NCBI RefSeq assembly: GCF_009914755.1
Contig: NC_060934.1
Reading direction: 5' to 3' (one strand)
DNA: 64,000 nucleotides
Origin: the human T2T-CHM13v2.0 reference genome, Homo sapiens
Part shown: positions 54,788 to 64,000 of the stretch, piece after piece
How positions within the stretch are numbered: position 1 is the first letter of the stretch
Layout of the letters: each line of letters starts with the position of its first letter
The notes under the pieces: generated by a model
Databases searched by the model: none
Told to the model about the DNA's origin: nothing
The model's input: only the letters and a program-made list of their open reading frames with translations
Made by a program: the position numbers and the translations under genes

Positions 54788-55525
54788 TAAATTACTTGTA
54801 GAGATGAGGTCTCGCTGTGTTGCTTAGGCTATTCTTCAAATCCTGGGCTCAAATGATCCTCCTTCCTCTACCTCCTAAACTGCTATTACAGGCGTGAGCC
54901 ACTGTGCCCAGCCATCCGTCTCATTTTCTTTGTCATCTTATTGATCACTGGATTAATCAATTGTATTGATCTTTTCAAAAAAACAATTTTTCAGTTTTAC
55001 TGATTTTTGTGTATTAAATTTTGTGTTCTATGTCATTAATTTTTCATCAGAATTTGTATTTCTTTTCTTCAGTTTTAATTTACTTCTTAAAATACTTTTT
55101 GAGATACATACATAGCTCATTGTTTTATAGATTTTCTTCTTTTCTAAAATCTGAACTTAAGGCTGTAAATTTTCTTTTAAGCACAGCTATTAGTATGTCA
55201 CAAATTTTGATGTCATATTTTTATTGTTGTGAGGTTCAAAGTGTTTTCTAATTTCTGTTATAGTTTCCTCTTTGATTTATGGGTTTTTAAACCTCATTGC
55301 TTTATTTCCAAGCATTTGGGGATTTCATACTTTTTACAGTTGTTTTTAAGCTTAATTCTGTTATGATCAAAGAATATACTTTTACTGATTCCAGTTCTTT
55401 GACATGTTTTGAGAGTTACTTTATGGCCCAGCATGGGGAATTTTTATAAATATTTTTCATTGTCCCACAAGAATAGTGTTTATTCTGTTATTGTATACTG
55501 TGTTCAATTTTATCAATGAGGTTAA

Positions 55526-55804
<279 letters not shown>

Positions 55805-56951
55805 TGAAGTGCTGGGATTACAGGCATAAGCCACTGTGCCCAGCTATAGCCTGTATTCTTAACTTATTAGAGTAATTTTTTTCTACTATCTCTTGGACAA
55901 AGCTAGGACTTTGGAACACTTTAACTCCACTTACTCCATTTCTACCTTTAGTGTTAGTGGTTGTTATAAATTTTAATTGTATATATATTTTACATCCATA
56001 AGACATTATTTTCTTTCAGCCAGCATTCGTTTGCTTACATATTTACCCTGATATTCTTTATTCTTCATTGTATTTTACATTTTCCTTTGGAGTAATTTTC
56101 TCATTGTCTGAAGATGTCTCCTTTTGGTGTGGATCTGCTATTGAATTTTTGCAGTTTTTGCTCATCTTTGAATGTATTTATTATACCTTTGCTTTTTATT
56201 TTTAGAGACAGGGTCTCACTCTGTCACCCAGGCTAGAGTGTGCAGTGGTGTGATCATAGGTCACTGCAACCTTGAACTCCTGGGCTCAAGCGATCCTCCC
56301 ACCCCAGTCTCCCAAATAGGTAGGACTACAAGCATGTGCCACCATGCCAGGCAATTTTGAAGGATATTTTTACTGAGTATAAAATTTTCTTGTCACACTA
56401 AAGAGGTCATTCATTTCATTGCCTTCTGGCTCCCATTGTTTGTTTCAAAAAGTCACCTATAAGTTTTATTAGCACTTTTGAATTAATGTGTCTTTTCTCT
56501 CTGGCTCCTTTAAATTTTTTTTCTTTTTTTGTTTTGCCTTTGGTTTTCTTTTTTTTTCTTTCTTTCTTTTTTGTCTTTTCCTTTCTTCTTTTCTTTTCTT
56601 TTTTTTTTTAAATTGAGACGGAGTCTGGCTCTGTCACCCAGGCTGGAGTGCAGTGGCACGATCTCGGCTCACTGCCAACCTCTGCTGCTCGGGTTCAAGT
56701 GATTCTCCTGCCTCAGCCTCCCAAGTACCTGGGACTACAGGCGCACACCACCACACCCAGCTAATTTTTGTATTTTTAGTAGAGACAGGGTTTCACCATG
56801 TTGGCCAGGCTGTTCTCAAACTACTGACCTCAGGTGATCCGCCTGCCTCGGCCTCCCAAAGTGCTGGGATTACAGATCTGAGCCACCGTGCCCGACCTTG
56901 CCTTTGGTTTTCTACAGTTATACTTTTATTTATCCTACTTTGTATCCTTAG

Positions 56952-57350
<399 letters not shown>

Positions 57351-59906
57351 TAACTCATGAGCTCAAATGATCAGCCTGCCTTGGCCTTAAAAATGCTGGA
57401 ATTACAGGCATGAGCCACTGCACCCAGCTCATTCCAGTTATTTTCTGCGGGTCTATTTTCAGTTCACTCATCTTCTCTTCAACTGTATCTAATTCACTGT
57501 TAAACCCATCTATTAAGATCCTGATTCTAATTATTATATTATTCCTTTTGGGAATTTATTTTTATTTGTTTTGAAGTTTCTAGTTCCTTGGTGACATCAT
57601 TCATCTTTTTTCAACTATTGTCTTGAACATATTAATCACTATAATTTTTAAGCCCATATTTGATAATCTAGTAACTGAGTCACCTATGGGCTTGTTTTTA
57701 TTGACTGTTTTTTTCTTTCTCCTGTTTATGATATAGCTAGTAATGTTTTAATGAATGTCAGTCATTTCGTATGAAAAATTGTAGAGGATCTGAATGATGC
57801 TGTTTCTTTTCAGGGAAGATTCATTGTATCATCCAGCAGGCAGCAGAGCAGCTGATCATCTTAATCCAGTCAGGGCCTGAGCTGACTCCAGATTCGGTTA
57901 GTCATTGTAATGCTTCATTTTCATCTAGTTCATCCACAGTCCATCAGCAACTCTCCAGGGGTCTGAGTTCATGTCTCTGTGCCTCCCTCCTCTCTGGGAT
58001 CTGGGATCCTCAAGTCCTTGCTGCCTTGTTAGCCCCAACTCAATCTTGATCTCCCCAGGCTCACAGGAAGGCCAACATTCTGCCCGCTCTTCCATTCTCA
58101 TTCTGTGCCAAAGCTCTGAGTGCAAAAGAGGCTCTCAGAAGTCTGGGCTTACTTCTGGGAGATTCCGTTCTCTGGATCGTCATACCGTAGCTTCTGTCTA
58201 ACCTGACGGTTCTCTGGTACCTTCAAGTGGATTTTTATTTTTTGGACCCAATTTTCTAGTCTCATGGAGATTGTTGACCTGCCATGGTTATTAAATCATA
58301 ATTGCAAGTGGTACCCAATTGGGATTTAAATCCTGGTTCACTGTTTACTAGCTGAGTAACCTTGGGTTAATGACCTCTTCTCTCTTAGTCTCAATCTCTT
58401 TATCTGTGAAATGGGTATAGTAATAATTGCATCCTCCTCATCAGATGGCTGTGGGAACTAACTAATAAACACAATGTTTGCATGTAGTATGCACTCAACA
58501 AAGGATAGCTACTATAATAATACATTTTTAGCTTTGTTTTTGTTATTGTACTATCAAGTAAGAAAAAACTGTGGGAAGGTGTTAGGGGTTTCATAGCATG
58601 ACTTTGAGGGGACTGAGGGTTAGTGTTCCTCTGTGGCCTCAGCATGGATTCAGCCACCCACTTCCTCTCCCTGCCCTCTAAGACATATGCATACTCTCCC
58701 CTCCCTCTATGGCTCCCTTCCCTTCTCCTTGCAATACCTTTCTTCTCCTTAGGTGGGCCTGTCCCAGAGCTGCTTGTGCTACAGGAATGGACTCTCTGAA
58801 GAATGAAGTGACCTTGAGGGGGAATGGAGCAACATCCCTTAGCCTCTGCTCTCCCCCTGCTCCCTGTCCACCCCAGTACATCACTGTGCCCTTTCCAGTG
58901 GGGGCTGGTATGAGAAAGGCCCTGGAGGCAACACCCAGGCCCTTTAACATGGACATGCAGGGACATTACCCCATGGAAAGTCTCTAGCCCATAGGAAAAG
59001 GGCACTGGAGGGACACTCAGATGTGAAAAACCACCTGGAGGTTTGGTGGTTTTGAATTCTCCTAATTTCCCCCTAACATTTTAATTAATTTTTGAGCATG
59101 CAGAAAGGTCAAAAGACTTGTCCAGTGAACCCCTAGGTACTCACCACTGGAATTCTATAGAGTACATTTTGTTACATTTCCTTTACTTTTTCTATCTATT
59201 CACTTCCCATCCTTCCATCAGACCATTGTTTTGGATGCATTTCAGAGTTACTGGTGAACAGCAGCTCACTTTACCTGTAAACACCTCAGCATGTGTATCA
59301 GTAAGTGGTGAACTCATCTAATTTAACAATCAAAAGTGGGGACCTGAAACTTTATTCAGGCAGGAGAACAGCTGTTTAGGGGAGAGTGGGCCAAGAAGGG
59401 GAGCAGGTGATGTCACCAGGGGTTTCACTTGGGGCACCTGGGACCCAGATGGTGAGGCTGAGCATGTCTCTCACCTGCCAGGCTGTAGGGATGGAGTCTG
59501 TCCCGGCTACTGCTGGATGCCTTGCACTCAGCAGCTATAGCTGGTGCTCAGGAAGGGTTTATTGAGCCAATGAATTACTTCCTTTAAAAGGCGGGGGTTG
59601 ACTGTGTGACTCCAGAGTCCAGAAATCCAAATAGGGAGGGAAAGTTACTGGAAGGCAGATTGGGGTACATTAGAAGAGCAATTTGTCTTTCTTCCTTTCT
59701 CTTTTCTAAAATACCAAATTATCTTTTTTTTTCACTTTTATTTTTGGGCAGGCAATAATAACATATGTAGAAAATTCAAAAGGCCCAAAGTGGAATCCAG
59801 TGAAACTCTTCTCTCCCACCTCTCTCCTCCAGACACCTAGGCTTCGCTCCCAGAAGTTGTCCTTTTCTGCTTTCTCAGTGTCCTCTCCAGTAGTCTATGC
59901 ACACAC

Positions 59907-60580
59907 ATGATGATGATGGTGATGGTGATGATGATGGTGATGGTGATGATGATGATGATGGTCATTATGATGGTGATGATAATGATGATGGTGATGATGA
60001 TGATGGTGATGGTGATGATGATGGTGATAGTGATGATGATGGTGATAGTGATGATGATGGTAATGGTGATGGTGATGATGATGATGGTGATGGTAATGGT
60101 GATGATGATGATGATGGTGATGGTAATGGTGATGGTGATGATGATGATGATGGTGATGATGATGGTGATGATGATGGTGATGATGATGGTGATGGTGATG
60201 ATGATGATGATGGTGATGGTAATGGTGATGATGATGATGATGGTGATGATGGTGATGGTGATGATGATGATGGTGATGGTAATGGTGATGGTGATGATGA
60301 TGATGGTGATGATGATGGTGATGGTGATGATGATGATGGTGATGGTAATGGTGATGGTGATGATGATGGTGATGATGATGGTGATGGTGATGGTAATGGT
60401 GATGGTGATGATGATTGTGATGATGATGGTGATGGTGATGGTGATGGTGATGATGATGGTGATGGTGATGATGGTAATGGTGATGGTGATGATGGTGAAG
60501 GTGATGATGATGATGATGATGGTGATATGATGATGGTGATGATGATGATGATGATGATGGTGATGATGGTGATGGTGATG
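59907..60580. repeat. Compound (GAT/GGT)n trinucleotide array, ~670 bp
   Basis: Continuous GAT/GGT triplets with recurrent GGT-AAT-GGT interruptions. Confidence 0.98.
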
Positions 60581-60587
60581 CTGCTGC

Positions 60588-60790
60588 TACTAATAATAGC
60601 ACTTATTGGGAACTTAATATAGGTGAGTTTGTATTCCAGAGATTTCACAAGTATTATGTTATTTGATACTTATAACAACCCTATGAAGTAGGTATGACTA
60701 TTATCTCCATTTAAGAGATTAGGGAAACTGAGGCACAGAGCAGCTAAGCAGCTCATGCAAGCTCACATAGCAAGTTTGGCAGTCAGCCTG
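60588..60790 (-). mobile_element. MIR SINE
   Basis: taataatagcacttattg...acaaccctatgaagtaggta...ggaaactgaggcacagag is a MIR core in reverse. Many other MIR/L2 fragments in the window are not listed individually. Confidence 0.8.
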
Positions 60791-61804
60791 GCTGCTCTCT
60801 TGGCCTCTGCTTTACTCACTTCAGCATTTCTCGGCACCACCCCCATCCGGAAGGTACCCCCCGTCGCCTGGCTATAGTAACCTCACAGAGCAGCAGGCTG
60901 GCTGAGGAGGTGCTGAGCTCCCTGTCCCTGGAGAGCATTCAACCATAGGACCCCCAGAGGCTCTCTGCAAATAGCTTTGTTCCTTTCCCCCCAACCCTTG
61001 GTTTCTGCTGCTCCCCTGCCTGTGGGGTCTGTCATTCTCTCCAGACTTCAGAGGTCTCCAGGTTCTTATACTGCTCTCTTTAACCCCCAGATAGGAGCCC
61101 TTTCAGCTCCTCATAGGAAAGATGAAGCCTGTGATCCCCTCTTTGTTTGCAGGAGGCAGTGTTAGGCCCAGAGTGGGCCTTGGGTAATGCCCGGTCAGAC
61201 AGCAAGGCTGTGTCCAGCCAGGAGCGGTTCCACTCCTGCTCCCTGCCCAGCCCTCTGCCTTCTGCCACCATGTTTATTTAACCTGGCCTGTTGGCCCCCT
61301 GCCCTTGCGCCCCACCACCTGCCCCACCTGAGGAGAACCTGTGTGCCTGGGGAGTGGGTGGGGGCATATGAGAAAGAGCCGAGTAAAATTCTTCACTGGG
61401 AACAAATCTCATTTTCAAGAAAGTCTTGACAAAATGAGGCATTAAATTACAATATTTCGGAGAGCGTCGTAATTCTATTGCAGACAGCCCTTCATCATGG
61501 AATCTGAAAGCTGGGAAAATACAAAACTCATTAGATTAAAATAAACCACCTACTGCTCTGGAGAAAAGCTTATTTATCAATATCAATTTACTTATGATTA
61601 CTCTGGCCTGCAATTTGTTATTTTTAAAAATTATGATTTGTGTATTGCTCATGCAGATGTGAAATATTTTTTCTTAAATTGAGTATTTTAAAAAAGATAT
61701 ACTTGTCCTTAGTAAAGGTTAGAAAGTAGTTACTGGGGAAGGGCAGGAGGGAGAAGGCTAGAAAATAAATTAAAAGAGGCTGGTGTGGTGGATTGTGAGG
61801 AAGC

Positions 61805-61828
61805 GTGTGTGTGTGTGTGTGTGTGTGT
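61805..61828. repeat. (GT)n microsatellite
   Basis: About 12 GT units. Confidence 0.93.
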
Positions 61829-64000
61829 CTGAATGGGGGCAAATGTGGACACAGTGAACTAGGAGTCGTGTGAAGCTTTTGGGTCATTAAAAGAGGAAGG
61901 GTGTTAAGAGGAAAGGCATCCTTATTAACCAAGTTGTCCAAAAGATGGAATGTGTCCTGAGTAGGTAGTGAGCTTCCCACCCCTGGATGTATACAAGTTT
62001 GGGTTGAAGGTCTATGAGGGAGGATGCTATAAAGCACAACAGTTAGATGAGGAGCCAACTATAGTAATCTCCAATCATGGTGTTTAATGATTTTCTGAAT
62101 CAGACACATGGCAGACACATGGGTCTAGAAGGTGGGACATTGTGGGGCAGCCCTACAGTGTGTACAGAAGTGAGCACTGGATTGGGTGTCAAGGAACCAT
62201 CATCTTGAAATCACTGGTTCTGGTGGTCCTGGCTCCAGGGAGCCTTTGCCCTGTGGTGCCATGCAAAGAGCTTGGTCTTTGGAGCCAGAGCTACCTGGGT
62301 TCGAATTCTGCCATTGTCACTTACTTCTGTGAGACCTCAGTCAACTAGACTCTTCCTGAGTCCCCATTTCTTCATCTGCAAAGTGGGTCAGCAAGACCCC
62401 CTCACAGGGAGTGGTGATATTTATGAAGTTCTATAGAAAGTTTAGCACACAGTAGGCTCACTCAGCACATGCCAATATCCTTCCCTTCTGCCTTTCTGGG
62501 CCTCAGTTTCCCCATCTGTGAAATGAGCAGCATGCTGAGGATCTCCAAGCTTCTTCTGGCTCTAGATTTCTGTCACTGGTTTTTAGCGTTCCTTGTATAA
62601 GGAAGAAAAATTGTTGAGGTGAGGAGCTAGGCCCCCTGGGATCTCAAGGCCTCCACAGGCCTGCCCAACTGCTTGGACCTCCTTCCTCACCACCTGCATC
62701 AATGTGGGTGGCTTTCCTAGCTGAAGGACCCACTGTAAGCTCTCCATGTGCTTGATCTGCCATCAGGAAACTGGATCTCCATTTCATGGGTGGGAAAGTT
62801 GAGGCCCAGAGAGGGGAAGAACAGTATGCTTACCTGCTGCTACCACAGCCCCATGACTCCATTTCCTGGGCAACTTCACTGGGGGAGGGCAGAGCAGAGG
62901 GGCAAAGCCTTTGGAATTCTTGAGAGTTTGGTTTTGGGAGGAGGGGTTGTGCTTGGCCTCCCTCTTTCCCTCTCTCTCCCCTTCCATTTATGTTTTTATA
63001 TTTATATTATGTTTTATATTTCAGCCACTACTATTGAACACCTCCTATGTTATGACGGCCCTTGTGTTAGGCTCTGGAGCAATCAGGGTGAAATAGGCAT
63101 GCCCTGATCCTAGGGTCCTCCAGGAGTTTAAGGTCCAGTGAAAGAGACAGGCGTGTGCACACACACAGTGCATGGAGGGTTCGAACGGGGACATCTGTTT
63201 GTCAGAAACACAGTGGGGTGGAGGAAGGCCTGATGCAGCCTAGCTGGTAAAATCAGAGGAGACTCCAAAGGAGGTGATGGCCAAGCCCTGTTGAAGGAGG
63301 AGAAGGAACTTGCTGTGGATTTGGTGCCTCTACAGGGCTGTGGCTTGGCAACAATCAAATGTCCAGCTGTGCATTTCACCTGAGGCTGGATTTGAAACCA
63401 CTCCCTGCTGCAGGCTCTGGGCAAGTCCATTGCCTCTGGAGTAGGAAGGTGCTCCTTGGCTGGGCTCCTGTGAGGAGCACAGTTTAGGGGGAGGTTAGCA
63501 ATAGACAGGCAGGAGATAGAGCCAACCAGCAGCTCCAGGGGGGTGATGCATTTGCTGGAGAATGGGATGAGGGGAGGGAGGCAGAGAAGCTGGTGGCAGG
63601 AGGTGACAGCTTTAGGGGAGACTCAGCCTAAGCCCCAAATTTCTAGTTCTGTCAGTCATACTGGGGCCTCAGCACTGCAGGGTTTTAGGGTCATGCCTCT
63701 ATCCTCTCTGAGGTTCATTTTCACCATTTGGAAAATGAGGTGGTGTTCCTGCCTCCAAGGCCAGTGAAGGCCAAGTGACCTGAGAGGCTGGTGGTGCTCG
63801 CTGGGCAGGGCAGGACGGGTGGTGCTCTCTGCTCTGTTCTAAGATCGCCTGGTCTGGGTCTGCCCTGCCTGCTCTCACAGAACCTGCAGTCCAGGTGTCG
63901 GGTGCTTGTGATGAGTGCAACAAGGGTGACATGCTCTACATACAACGGAGCATGGTTGTCACTATGACTGTTGGCTTGAGAATTGGGCAGAAGAGGTGGG

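Noticed and set aside
59895-60648. Poly-His and Asp/Gly-rich 'proteins'
   Set aside because: Simple-repeat frames with no promoter or splice support; kept only as a repeat finding.

Overview
Human-like (primate) genomic DNA, recognised from the sequence as the SLC29A3-CDH23 locus (10q22.1), with both genes on the + strand. It holds the last intron, final coding exon and 3' UTR of SLC29A3/ENT3 (CDS ends 2157, AATAAA at 2914), then about 33.5 kb of repeat-rich intergenic DNA with an orphan CpG island near 16.7-17.2 kb. The CDH23 CpG-island promoter, non-coding exon 1 (~36470-36862) and the first ~27 kb of intron 1 follow. The SLC29A3 exon is the only convincing protein-coding sequence; the other ORFs are Alu-, L1-, microsatellite- or GC-content artefacts. 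I see no new multi-gene system. The most unusual signals are: (i) four short non-tandem direct duplications 1.2-3.1 kb apart that transposition does not explain, including MaLR-internal DNA inside an Alu and a CpG-decayed copy of the CDH23 promoter edge; (ii) three upstream ATGs in CDH23 exon 1, one probably in frame with the main ORF across an (AGGCG)3 repeat; (iii) an X-box/CCAAT orphan island; (iv) a ~670 bp GAT/GGT compound repeat grown from a MIR tail; (v) an L1 nested in an L1 at a near-homologous position. Repeat subfamilies and boundaries are by-eye estimates.
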